This document shows, one piece after another, positions 1-13,175 of a DNA stretch of 64,000 nt (the stretch's first letter is position 1; every line of letters starts with the position of its first letter). The translations under genes and the position numbers were made by a program. The DNA is from Phoronis australis (Eukaryota > Animalia > Phoronida), in NCBI GenBank assembly GCA_002633005.1, contig NMRA01000246.1, positions 172,025 through 236,024 on the forward strand, in the 5' to 3' direction. The notes under the pieces were generated by a model. The model did not search any database. It was not told the DNA's origin and worked only from the letters and a program-made list of their open reading frames with translations.

Positions 1-3000
1 CTGTACATGAAGTCCTGCCCCCAATAGAACAAACAATAGAAGACAGTGCTCTAGATCACTTATAAACTTGGCAAACAATGTTAGACCGCAGAACCGGGGC
101 CTTCTAGTAAATGTCATATTAAAAACTACAACCAAGATTATTGGTCAGATTCCAGATTTCAAATCTATATAAACCCAACAGTCTTTTGGGATAGACTTCA
201 GAATTCAATGTTGCTCGAATTTGCAACCCAAAACAAGAACACCCAATGGTTCATAAACTGAACTGACTAAATTTCAAGTAGAACAGACAAGCCCACCCAA
301 GATAATCCAAGATAAAGACCATCTTTATCAGCTAACTCCTACTGCTCATCTTGGGAATGATCACCAAGAAACCGGAATGATGATAAAATGAATATCCCAG
401 CTGATAATGAATACAACAGACAGTAAGGCAGTGGATTTAAACTTAAGACACACAGACATAGAGTGAGGATTACAGGAGATTTAATGCTTCAGGCTCTTTA
501 ATTAAATATTTTATGTCTATGTGACAGCATAGACATGGACTGGCTCGACAATCTTTGTAATATTCTAACATAAATTTAATGCACACTTCCACAACTGTTT
601 TGAGTATTTTTATGAGATTCACAATTAGTAACAACTTGGATTTGTTCATGATGTTCAATCTTGAACTTTTTCAGTAATGCAGATATTTCTACACTAAATC
701 ATTTTACGAACTTGAGCAGCACTGAACTTAGTACTTCATTGATGGGCAGATTCTGTGAAGATGTAGTCCACTTATAATTGTTGGATGATGATTATGCTTC
801 ATTCAGTTAACATATCACCACATTAATCACCCTGCAGTCCTTGCATGGGGAGTAAACTCAACCATACCCTTTTAGATCCATAACCATGCCATCATGGTAA
901 TTTTTGTCCTAATCACGCCATATGTCTGAACCGAAAAAATGAACAGTAAGACATTAGATATTTTGCTCAGTAGCATGGTGTCTGTGTGCCATTCAGTGGT
1001 CACCAAACATTTAGTGAATAGTTGAATCTTTGCAATTTAGACAGCTGTTAGAAAATGTAGAAATGGTTACTACAGAAACTGTTTAAGTGAGGAAGTACTA
1101 CTACAGCATACCGCAGTCATCCAGGTTAAAGGTACAGGGGGGGGGGGGCACTTAAATTGGGCAATTGAAAACTCAGGGGTAGAGCACTAAGTTGAGCCTG
1201 GGTCTTTAGTAGAAATTTGGGAAGTTGAAAAGGGGCATTTACCCAAACAGTAGCAGGATACAAATTTCATTTGTGTCAGACTGACTTGCGAAGGTCAAAT
1301 AAAAGTAAGACATAGCAGGAGAGTACGAGTAATTTCAAGCCCTAATAATTAAGGCAAGGCGCCACTGAAAGTATGACTGCTCACTACTCAGAGGAAAGCA
1401 AGCTCTGGAATCAGAAATTTGCAGGTGATTTCAAGGAAGTCTCGATGGCATGAAAATTTAAAGGTAAAAATATAAAATTTCATGATTAAGTAATTATAAG
1501 CAGAACATGAGCACAACCCCAGATGAGTATGTATGTTTGAAAATTTGAACAAACCTGCATTAGCATAACCTCTTCCCATAGCTGCTGTTTGAGTATGGAC
1601 TCTTTGTGAATTTCATTGGCCAGTTGTTTCCAATGTCGCGACACTGATAGACAGTTGTAAAGAGAGACCTCATCGAGAAGACCAAGGATGTATTTGGACA
1701 AATGAACAGGTAGACATCGTATGAAGTCCTTATATTNACAAATTTAGGAATCCTTCACTTACAACGGCATAGGGCACAGTGACTAAAAATTTCCTTATTT
1801 CAAAGCCCCATATTGGAATTTCTTTAACTTGTCAGTACTTACCAAAGTAAATGACAATGACCTTCAGATATCTGATAATCTATTAACAGAAATTCAATGC
1901 TGAGTGACTTTCATGACCATTCCAGTGTTTCAAATCAAACAGTTAAGTCCAAAATTGTAATAATGAGACTGAATATGCTTTAGGACATTTTGACTTATTT
2001 TACAATATGACCGAATTTATTGCCATTTCAAAAGTTAGGATAGCACCTACTCGCTATTCAACACCATCACATTATAAGCACCACAGTAGACATTGCGTTC
2101 CTCCATAATAATCTTGCGTGTCGACACACCGCTGTATGCAGTCTTGAAGCTAACTTCACTTTTAAAGGTGGTATGAATAACATCCTCATCAATGGTCTTA
2201 ACATCTAGAGAATTGTGCACCAGATTAGGCACAGGCACGTCGATGTCGTTAGCATACACTGGATTGGCTCCCTGAGCAGCTGCTCCCTAGAAAAAACATC
2301 ACCCTTGAAATATGACAACAGTTTGGGTACCATTAGTGAGCTTGGTAATATTATAACCTACTCTAGAGTTGTTCATTCCCTGAGATGGCTCTGCAGACAC
2401 TTTGAGTGTTGGGTTCATAATCTTGTTTGAGAAAGGGTTCAAACAACAGACTGATTCAAATATAAGGGTAAAGTGAATAACAATGCATGTATGTGGCAGT
2501 CAGGATTTTCTGCCACTTATGCTGTACATGAAGTCCTGCCCCCAATAGAACAAACAATAGAAGACAGTGATCTAGGTCACTTATAAACTTGACAAACAAT
2601 GTTAGACCAGCAGAACCGGGGCTTTCTAGTAAATGCCATATTAAAAACTACAACCAAGATTATTGGTCAGATTCCAGATTTCAAATCTATATAAACCCAA
2701 CAGTCTTTTGGGATAGACTTCAGAATTCAATATTGCTCAAATTTGCAACCCAAAACAAGAACACCCAATGGTTCATAAACTGAACTGACTAAATTTCAAG
2801 TAGAACAGACAAGCCCACCCAAGATAATCCAAGATAAAGACCATCTTTATCAGCTAACTCCTACTGCTCATCTTGGGAATGATCACTAAGAAACAGGAAT
2901 GATGATAAAATGAATATCCCAGCTGATAATGAATACAACAGTCAGTAAGGCAGTCATGGATTTAAACTTAAGACACACAGACATAGAGTGAGGATTACAG

Positions 3001-4251
3001 GGGATTTAATGCTGCAGGCTCTTTAATTAAATATTTTATGTCTATGTGACAGCGTACACATGGACTGGCTCGATGATCTTTGTCATATTCTAACATAAAT
3101 TTAATGCAAACTTCCACAACTGTTTTGAGTATTTTTATGTGATTCACAATTAGTAACAACTTGGATTTGTTCATGATGTTCAATCTTGAACTTTTTCAGT
3201 AATGCAGATATTTCTACACTAAATCATTTTACGAACTTGAGCAGCACTGAACTTAGTACTTCATTGATGGGCAAATTCTGTGAAGATGTAGTCCACTTAT
3301 AATTGTTGGATGATGATTATGCTTCATTCAGTTAACATATCACCACATTAATCACCCTGCAGTCCTTGCATGGGCAGTAAACTCAACCATCCCCTTTTAG
3401 ATCCAACCATGCTATCATGGTAATTTTTGTCCTAATTACCCCATATGGCTGAACCGAAAAAAATGAACAGTGGGAAATTAGATATTTTGCTCAGTAGCAT
3501 GGTGTCTGTGTGCTGTTCAATGGTCATAAAACATTTAGTGAATAGTTGAATCTTTGCAATTTAGACAGCAGTTAGAAAATGGAGAAATGGTTATTACAAA
3601 TACTGTTTAAGTGAGGAAGTAATACTACAGCACATTACAGCAGTCATCCAGGTTCAAGAGACAGGGGGGGCACTTAAATTGGGCAATTGAAAACTCAGGG
3701 GTAGAGCACTAAGTTCAGCCTGGGTCTTTAGAAATTTGGGAAGTTGAAAGGGGGCATTTACCCAAATAGTAGCAGGATACAAATTTCATTTGTGTCAGAC
3801 TGACTTGCGAAGGTCAAATAAAAGTAAGACATAGCAGGAGAGTACGAGTAATTTCAAGCCCTAATAAGGCAAGGCGCCACTGAAAGTTTGACTGCTCACT
3901 ACTCAGAGGAAAGCAAGCTCTGGAACCTGAAATTTTCAGGTCATTTCAAGGAAGTCTCGATGGCATGAAAATTTAAAGGTAAAAATATAAAATTTTATGA
4001 TTAAGTAATTATAAGAAGAACACGAGTGCAACCCCAGATGAGTAGGTATGTTTGAAAATTTTAACAAACCTGCATTAGCATAACCTCTTCCCATAGCTGC
4101 TGTTTGAGTATGGACTCTTTGTGAATTTCATTGGCCAGTTGTTTCCAATGTCGCGACACTGATAAACAGTTGTAAAGAGAGACCTCATCGAGGAGACCAA
4201 GGATGTATTTGGACAAATGAACAGGTAGACATCGTATGAAGTCCTTATATT
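1..4251. repeat. Tandem near-identical duplication: 1-1736 vs 2522-4251
   Basis: Both copies start ctgtacatgaagtcctgcccccaatag and align throughout with scattered SNPs and small indels; the junction is the N at 1737. Confidence 0.95.
1555..1736 (-). CDS. FBXW10: Second, partial copy of the FBXW10 F-box exon, cut by the single N at 1737
   Basis: Matches 4070-4251. Both visible exon differences are synonymous Leu changes (CTC/CTT, TTA/CTA). Donor GT intact at 1554-1553. Confidence 0.6.
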
Positions 4252-7200
4252 TTGCCACACCTGCATGACCTTTTATGGAGGTAGGAATAACGAGACAGCT
4301 CGGATCCAGTAAACTTATTTCAGTGTCTATAGACTCGTCACCACTGTCATCATTGATGATTTCTAGTTCAGCATCACTGTCATAGGTGGCAGCACTGAAG
4401 GGCGACTTGCAGAGTGGTGTGTATTCTGACTTTGTTTGTGCGATGAACGCGATGTCAGCATTGTTATCGGTGTGAAAACTTTCACAACTTGATGTCAGGG
4501 AAGCTCTCTCATAATCATCTGAAAAAACAAAATGTTGACATTGAAGCTTTTCTTGGAGACACCCTCTAATAAAGTGTTTCTATTTTTCTATTTGAAAATG
4601 AATGAACTTTTTAGCCCTGCAACTGCAAACATAAATGAAATCATATATTAGAAAACTGTAACAGCGTTTTTGTGATTTCATCTTGAAAATTTATAACCAA
4701 TAAGATTTGGTCATGTAACTGATACACTGTTGTTCTGCTATGACTTAGCCCTTCTTATTTGATAAATTTTGATTTTGACACAATTAATAGCAGGTTGGTA
4801 AAACGTCAAAGATCAAACTCTACAGGCTTTATACTTTCAGAAAACATTTACTTTTACTAAGAAAATTAATAATTTTGTATACATAAGGTTTAATACACAT
4901 ACTTGTGGATAAGGTCACATGACTTCAAAGAAAAAGTACACTTTCTTGAATATAAAGCCTTCTTCTCTTTGAATAACACTTGAACATTGCCTTATTCTAG
5001 ACCAGATGTTCATTTTGGCTTTAAGGATTTGAGTGATTGGTAACTTGTATTTTCAACATACTGGTGTTTTGTACCGGATAACATTTTGAGACAAAACCAA
5101 ATGTTTGGATGAGTGTATTATTTCTGATGCAAATACATTGATTAGTGTCAAGGCGCTTGTTGTTGTTTTTTGGTTATCACTGACAGAATTATCAAAATCC
5201 AATATGTAATCCACCTCAACTGTTCATAGACCTAGAATCATGCTTAAAGGCTTTTGTTTTTTACCATTCATTACCCTATTTTTAGCATTCAAACCCCTCT
5301 TTTGAACTAAAACAAAAAGCCTATGCACCATAAAAGAAACATTAAATAACACAAGTCTGAATTATTTTCATGCAATTCAATATAGTACGAAAGAATAAAC
5401 TGTTTAAACTGTTGTGTAAAACATTCCAAAGAGTTATTTTGCCAAAGAGAAATTGATGTATACATAACTGTATACTGAATAGTCCTTACTAAGTACAGTT
5501 GAAGTGTTGTTATTCACTACCACAATGATACTACACAAAAGACAGTGCAGATTTATTTGATATTTTCTTCCAATAAATGAAGAGATCAATATCATACTTT
5601 TAAGTTCTAGTTTAAAAATGTCTTTTTATCGAGCTTAGGTCAATTTCAAAGGCTTTATTAAGTTACTTTAAAAGCCTTTTATCCCAAGATAAACTGATGG
5701 GGCATGTTTCTATAATCACCCAATTGTGACTAGTCAAATAAAAACTTTAGATATCAAATTTACTTCGAAAATGCAAGATGGCTCTTCAGAAAGAATGAAT
5801 TATGTCTATGAGTGAGTAATTTGGTCAAATGTTACTACCTCTGTGTAATATTGGTAACATGAAACCCTACATTGGGTCTTAAATCTTACATAATATGCTC
5901 ACTTAAACAGGGCTGGTTGACCCACAAACACAATCCAAAGCTCTCTGAAATTATGTTTAAGGGTGAACTGTATGCATTAGCCACCAAGGCTTATCGAAAA
6001 CTGTTTAGCCTTAAACCAAATATGAGGCACAAAATGAAATATGTATTTGCACATTTGACAATATTTCATTATGATAGCAGATGTGAGTCAATATACTCTA
6101 GCTGCGACCTGTTTGCACTGAGATAAAAAGTGGCCAATTTGTTCCTAGGGATTTGTGAAGGAGTAAAGCAAAGGAAAACAAATGTGAGCCCAACCTAAGA
6201 ATTCTTGCCTTTTCATTTTCACAACCTTGCAATTGTACATTAGAACTGTCTCGACCTTTCTGTAAATTACAGTTTAACATCACAGCAAACTTCAAATAAA
6301 TGGGTGAACATTTGAAAGAAGTTAATGCCAACATGCTGATGATGGCTGCAACCCCAAACTGTAAGTGCCTAATGACAACCAATAATTCACATTCTGCCTA
6401 ATTAAGAAGCAAATACTGTAAACCTTACTCCTTCAAATGTTTATAATGTAAATTTAACATACTGTGCTTTGAACTGCAAAGCACATTAGTGAAAGTATTT
6501 ATTGTACAAATGTTGCATGTAATAATACAGTGAGTACAGTAGTTCTAACAAAACGTGACACAATGAAAGGCATACCTAGACATTTCTACTGTGACCACCT
6601 TACAACAAGACATAACCAGAGTGCAATGTTCAAGGTGCATACATAAATCCATTTATCTCAGTGCTACATTCATTCACATCTTGTGAAAATTTAAGACAAG
6701 CAATTTTCTTACGAGAGATCTTGACAGAGTTGCATTAAGGCCCTTAAATCTCGATGACGGAAGGTAGTGTGATCACACGCTTTGCTTGTAATGCGATATC
6801 TTGTGAAGTCTTAAGTAATCTTGCATTTTCGCAAGGTTCTTGTATCTACAGAACACACGCCTGATCTAGCATGCATAAAAATCCAGTTTCACTCCGCTGA
6901 GCAGGAAAGGTTGTACATCGAAGCACCTACATTAATTGTGTTATCAAGTGCTGGACAATTCAGTCTCCAGTTAGTGACCAGATAACATCATCACATTATC
7001 TGAACATTTGTTGTGGTCACCATCATGGCAGACTGATGGCAAAAATCCCTTCAAACTTGAGAGTTATACTGGGGAATAGCTTGCCATTATACAGTTAGTA
7101 TTCATTACAGTTGGTCTTCATCCATTTCAAGATTTAATAAAACCTTTTTGATAATACAGTGCTAAATGACAAAACATTGTTCAATACTTTATGCTTGTTA

Positions 7201-9057
7201 TTTTTTATTTATTCTTGTTAAAGTATACCTGGTTATTGTTTATAATGAGTAGTTTGTATTTAATTTATTTGTTCTTATTTTTGTGCTCCACGTCAGGACT
7301 ATAATGTGACTATATGTGGCTCGACTTTTCTTTTGTCATCCTCAGCTTATTTCATGTGAAGGGTTTTTAATAGCCTATTGTTGTATATATTACAGTATAT
7401 TTATTTTACCATATGAGATTTGCTAAATAAAACTACTTATCTGTTTATTTTAACCTCTGTTAAGACATTGCTTGTGTACCTGACCCAACTGTGCAACTGG
7501 CTTGGATGTCAATATGCTGCGTGGTTTGAGGATATTTACTAAGTCCAGGCTTGGACCACAAACCTCGTAAAACATCTTTGCTCCAAAACTTCATCAATTT
7601 GTTGACAATATAATTGTTAATTGTTTTTTAACTGCTTTTGCTAGAGAGATCAGAATGATCTTTAGGTCAGTTGCAGCTCTGATTGGAGATTCTAAACAAT
7701 GAATCTACTGTGCTGTATTAATTTGAATCCTGAGTTAATGATGCAAGTTGACCAGCATTGATTTTTCAATCTGTACGTCTTGTTACCATTAAATATTAAT
7801 ATAGCTGTAATGCAGACATAGAACAACATAAGCCTCTCACTACGCCAATTAGTCGCTTGTGGCCTTGATAACTGTCTACCTAATGTTACCTTCACAACTG
7901 ATAATGACAGTTGCTTCTAAGCAGTAAACCATTGCTTGAGACACAGTAATAGAGTACATTAACAGGAAGAAAAGATATTGATTTTGGCATATACCTTTCA
8001 ATATTGGAAATGCATTCAATTGAACATGTGGAGAATTAACACAGAGATGTTATTGACTTCCCAACTGATATGAAAACACCTGAGACAAAGCACAATACCA
8101 ATATACAAAAGTGTGTCAATTGTTTCAAAAATGAGTTTACATATGCTCCGTGACAAATAGCAAATTTCTGTACACATTATTGCATAGTGTGCGAACACAA
8201 CCTGCGGCTTCAGGCGATGTGTGCTCAAGAGAATGCCAATAAAGGTGGATAAAGTGTACTGGACTGCTTAGAATAGAACTTGCATGAACAAAAACCTGTC
8301 TGTTGTTAACATACTCTTTTTCTCTATGGTACATGAAAAAGTTACAAAAATGTAAGAATAGAAAACAAATTCTTTTAAACAAAATTTAAATTTCTGTTGT
8401 AAAATTCCAGGTTTTGAAATCAAACCCAAAATAAAGTTGCGGATCAAAAAGTAGTACAGCAGATTTCAAAAACCGAGGCTCTGAGTTCAACTGTCAAATT
8501 CAAGCAGACTTACCCGTTTGTATCGTTGCCTTTCTTTCTGAAACCAGCAGAGTTTTCACCTGGTTGGCAGTGACTGACAGGAGATGAACCTCACACAGTT
8601 GTAATACACATAGAAGAAAGTTGGATTTAGTCCAGTAGTTGGAGGATCGAAACCACTCCCAAGTACTAGATATACTCGCTTCCACTTTGCTAACGGACAT
8701 GGCATGATCATGACTAACAGATGCCGAGTCTGTATTTAAGCTAGGGTGAGTCCTTGAGCGAGCGTATGTGAAGTCTTTAGAAATAAGTGGTGATAGCATG
8801 CGTACTAAATTGTCTAGAAGGTCGATACTGTTGAGACGTCGAATTAGTCCGAGAGTGAAACGTTTTCTTGTCTCATCTCCACATCTTGGAAACCAATCCC
8901 TAGTCTTGTTTACATGTTGCGTGATTTGGCAGGTTTCACATTGGCCGCATATAGTGGCTTTTCCTTCATAGACGCATCGCAGTTTGGGCGCCTGACCAAT
9001 GTTGAAGACAAATGGTTCACTGTTTTTATTTGGATGCTTCATCACTTCAAGAACCAT
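2051..9057 (-). CDS. FBXW10: F-box/WD repeat protein 10 / CMT1A duplicated region transcript 1-like, 5' part; the WD40 exons presumably lie left of the window
   Basis: Three GT-AG exons join in frame. Exon 9057-8514 starts at ATG (CGQCETCQ...KDFTYARSR...WEWFRSSNYWTKSNFLL) and ends phase 1. Exon 4518-4070 has an acidic linker then F-box DFIRCLPVHLSKYILGLLDEVSLYNCLSVSRHW, phase 0. Exon 2286-2051 reads GANPVYAN...MEERNVYCGAYNV. These motifs resemble vertebrate FBXW10/CDRT1 (MEERNVFCGTYNV), recalled from memory. Confidence 0.85.
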
Positions 9058-9995
9058 GTTGATGTAAGATTTCTACCTGGCAGATCCCAGGCTTAGCAAG
9101 AGGATATGCAGACCACTGGGAAACTGAAAAATAAAACAGTGTTTTGAATTAACTTGCCAAATTATGACTATAGCTGAAATCAGACAATCACACAAAGCAT
9201 TAACCTGACCATGAAAGATGATATGTATAGGTTCAGTTCACAAAGTCTTGCCCATCCAAACATGTGACTTTAAAGATCAGTGTCACCTTTTTTTAAAGCA
9301 TTAAATCCTAGGAACGGGCATAAATGTTAGCTCAATATGCGAAATTAACTCTTCCGTTGACTCACCTGAGACCTCCAGGATGACAGACAACCCCACTATG
9401 GTTTAGTGTGAAGAAGATTTAGAACAGTACAGGCTGGTACTGGCTGAGTATGAAATTTGAAATCATAGACATAGTACACACAACCATAGCCAGCAAGATA
9501 GCTGTATGCAGACTAGAACTAAAAACACATTTATTCATAGCTTTGACACTGTCGCTAAAGAGATAGACTCCGACAGAAATACGTGCAGTGCCCTAGTGGG
9601 CCTAGTGGCCTACTCAACCGTGAACTTAGTCAGTAAAAATCTTCATTGAAGAGCAAAATGTATTTAAAAACGACATGAAAACCAAGTTGATAACACCCTC
9701 ACCTCTTTATCAACAACCCACAGCGAATTTCCCCCAAGCAAGATGCCTTCAACATCTTTCAGCATCTTCTACCGCAAAATCGCACCTTACAGTCTGTGTA
9801 TTTTGAAGCCTCGATTTCACACGACACTAAGGAGCATCTATTAAAACAAATTGGGCATTTCGAAATGATAGTAAAATTTACAGAAGCTTCAGCAAAAACA
9901 TTATATGTCGTTCAATGACCTGCTGTGTTAATAAATATTACAAAAATCTTCTACAAAAGTAAACGCATGGATTAAAAATTTCCGATCCCCATGTC

Positions 9996-10009
9996 GTCTC
10001 CACGGGAAC
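9996..10009. promoter_or_regulatory. X-box-like (RFX) motif in the putative FBXW10 promoter
   Basis: GTCTCCACGGGAAC resembles GTNRCC(N)RGYAAC. It lies ~200 bp upstream of a minus-strand donor (cttac 9786-9790) marking a probable 5'UTR exon. Confidence 0.4.
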
Positions 10010-12539
10010 AAAAACTATTTATCCTAGTTTTCATTACCTCCGCTAGATGTCTCATCAAGTATCTTGTTGCGAACCAGTTTGTGTGCGAACAATATCTCAT
10101 TGGTTGCAACGTAGTCGCCAGGTGGCGAGACCTTCAAGTCCACGAGTGAGGCCTAAAACTGGAAAGCGCCATGTGCATGGATGTGGCAGAACCGTGGTGA
10201 TACGGCCCTCAGATAGACTAGTATAGAGTAAACAAGAGAAAATTTGCATTTAAATACGCAAAACGTTAACCATGCTACTTCAAAACTGTTTTAAAACTAT
10301 AAGTTAATTTAGGGGCCTCGAGCAAAACGCAATCCCCGGCCCAATAAAAAACGTAAATACAAATTTGGTCATTGAATGCGTCAAATATGAGATACTCCTA
10401 AATTTAAAAAGGCACCACTAATTTTAAAAACTGACTCAGTCCATCAACTATAGACAGCGCTTCCGTCACACTGAGTGTAAAATAACGAACGTCTGAAAGG
10501 GTACATCCTTTGGCTTATAGTAAGCAAAAATTTCTGACTTCTGAGTGTTTCTTGTAAGATGCCTCCAGTTTCGCGACTGAAAAAAAATTTATTTGTGTAG
10601 AAGTTAATCCATCAAAAACATACGATATTCGATGATATTCTTGAACCCAGTGCAAGGACGCTTTGCGATATTACTTCCAACGCTAGGAAGGGGCTAGTTT
10701 GGATACTTCTAGTTCGACACTATAGCTGAACACACGCTTCTCCATAAGAAAAAAATTATTCGGTTAATTTTGGTTTTCCAATTTTATACTTTTGCCACGA
10801 GAACTTTAACATAAACTGATGGCAAAAGTAAAGAAATTTCAATATATTTTTAACTAAAGTTCACCGTACACGCATGTCCCATGCGCGCGCGCACAAACAC
10901 ACCAGCCACTTATACTCCTAAAGTACTTGTCACGGCATGTTCTTGAAAAAATAGAGCGTGAAACTACGAGACGGCAGTTGCATTTAAGCGTCAGTGCCGA
11001 AGTTACCCCGGGGTTAGGCATTAGACTACCCGGCACGGTTCATGACAACATGTCGTCAAGACCCCTGTTTATCAGGGAATCTAATCTAAGGCTCTGTTGT
11101 TTGGAGTAAAGCAATTACCTCATAAGAGATGTCTTCACGGCAATAAAACACTGGCTATAGAATAATTTGATATATCATGGACTCGAACTGGTGATTTTTT
11201 AATTGTTTGGCTTCAGAAATTGAATTCTTCGAAAAAGGTAAGGATAATTTTTGCTCAAAAAAAAATCTTTTTCTTTTCATTTATTTTTTATTTTCCCAGT
11301 TCAGATGAGGAAGGGCAAAGGTCTGGGATTCCCGTACCTTACTTTACAATCAGACTGTAGGATTTAACTAACCATCTGAGACGGGATTTCATAAACAAAA
11401 ATAAACAAAGGAAAACACGTAACGAGGAGTATTTAGAATATTTTGCAATAAACCGTACCCCGTGAAGATAGATAATAGTGATTTACAAAATGTAGCTTTG
11501 CATTGTTATTAAATCCTTCATTGCCGACCTTCTATTTGTAAAACTGTCCAATTCTATTTTTTATTAATGTATTATCGAAACAGTATTCTTTTTGCAATGT
11601 ATTTAGATTTGGAGGTTTACCTCTCATTAGTTGCTTATGTGTGTGAAATTTGCAAAGGCTTAAAATTAATTTTGGAACGGGGTGGTTTCTTCATCTGTAT
11701 CCAAATAAAACTGTAACTACATTAGTATTCAAAGAAGTATTGATTCACTTTCTAATCCAGTTCTCTATCGTGTTTCAAAAGTTCTGAACAACATCACACT
11801 GCCAGTAAAAATGAAGCAAAGTCTCAGGTTTTCTCTTACAGAAAATACACTGAAAGAAATTGGTAACACCAATTTTCACAAGATAAGAATTGCAACTGAT
11901 AATTCTACGAGACAGCCTAAACTTAAACCATCAAAGTTTGACATCACGTTGTAGGCATTTTTCCACCAATCAGACGTACCAGGTTTACCAAGGTCTGTCT
12001 GTTATTTCAGATCAGACCTAGGTCTACAATATTTACAAAACACAAAACCGTAGTATATATGTTTTGTCCCTTTTATATGCAAGCAACAATTTTACAGCAA
12101 TCGGCATAAAGGTGTACAGAAGAGAAAATCGTCTTGTTTTAAATTTGACTATTTACATCAAATAGCTTCTCTGAGGCCATCAACTTTCAGAAACATAGGT
12201 AAAAAAATTTACAAAAACCACCAAACGACAATAAAAACTCGTCCTTGTCCAATACATTTGAGCTGTAACAAATACCCTTTTCATACCAATTCCTCCCAAA
12301 TAGAATTTCGCCATCAATCTTGTCACTGAAGTTGTACCAGTTTGGCTGGTCAGTTATTTCTTCTTGATCAATTATATTTGAGAAACCATGTAGGTAATCA
12401 AATATTTCCTTCCAAAATGGATCTTAGTTTGGGTAGCAACGTGCTTATGGAAGTACTTCCCAAAGTTTAGACAGTCCAGTGATATTAATTTAATTCAGTA
12501 CTTAACAAGGTACGCATATGCACTACAATAGGTGGCAGA

Positions 12540-13175
12540 TACTGAGGCTTTCAGGATCCTACGCTTCCATGTAATCTTGACTGCTTTAACAAAAGAAGAA
12601 ACGTCTATAATTTTACATCCACCCAGCTGATGCTGTTAAATCATGTGTTTACGACCAATTCTATTGCATTTTCCACCCCCAATATAATTAAAGTGCATTT
12701 TTCAAAATGTTTACAAAACAGATAGCTAGAAATTGGCAACGACAAAAGAACATTGACCAGTTTTGGGAGAAAAAATGATTTCACAACAGCATTTTTCCAA
12801 ACGTAGTAAATTTCTTTTTGAACATCTTACTATTTTCTTTTTGAAATCGACCAATTTAATGTTAAAATTAATATTACTCATTTCTTCAATGATTGACAGT
12901 AGAAAAAACAATCCCAAGAATTTTAATTTATGAACTAAATCATTTTTCAAAATGTTTAAAAGCATTTGTCAGAGCAAAATGTTGAATTACTACACGGGTG
13001 TATGTGTTATGGAAACTATCCAGATACAAGTTGCTTTATCTAAATACGGGAGTTAAACGAGTATGCTTCGAAACAGTTCAAGTAGGTCAAGAGCGTTTTT
13101 TATCGACCTTTCTGTACCGTCAATGATAATGGCAGCGTCATCAGCATATTGGACTAATTTATATTCCTTAGAAGT
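12540..13175 (-). mobile_element. Decayed L1/Tx1-clade LINE ORF2 fragment (RT C-terminal part and downstream region)
   Basis: Minus strand reads EYKLVQYADDAAIIIDGTERSIKNAL (YADD at 13137-13148), LKFLGLFF...KRNL and GGCKIIDVSSFVKAVKITWKRRIL, with stops and frameshifts. Confidence 0.8.
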
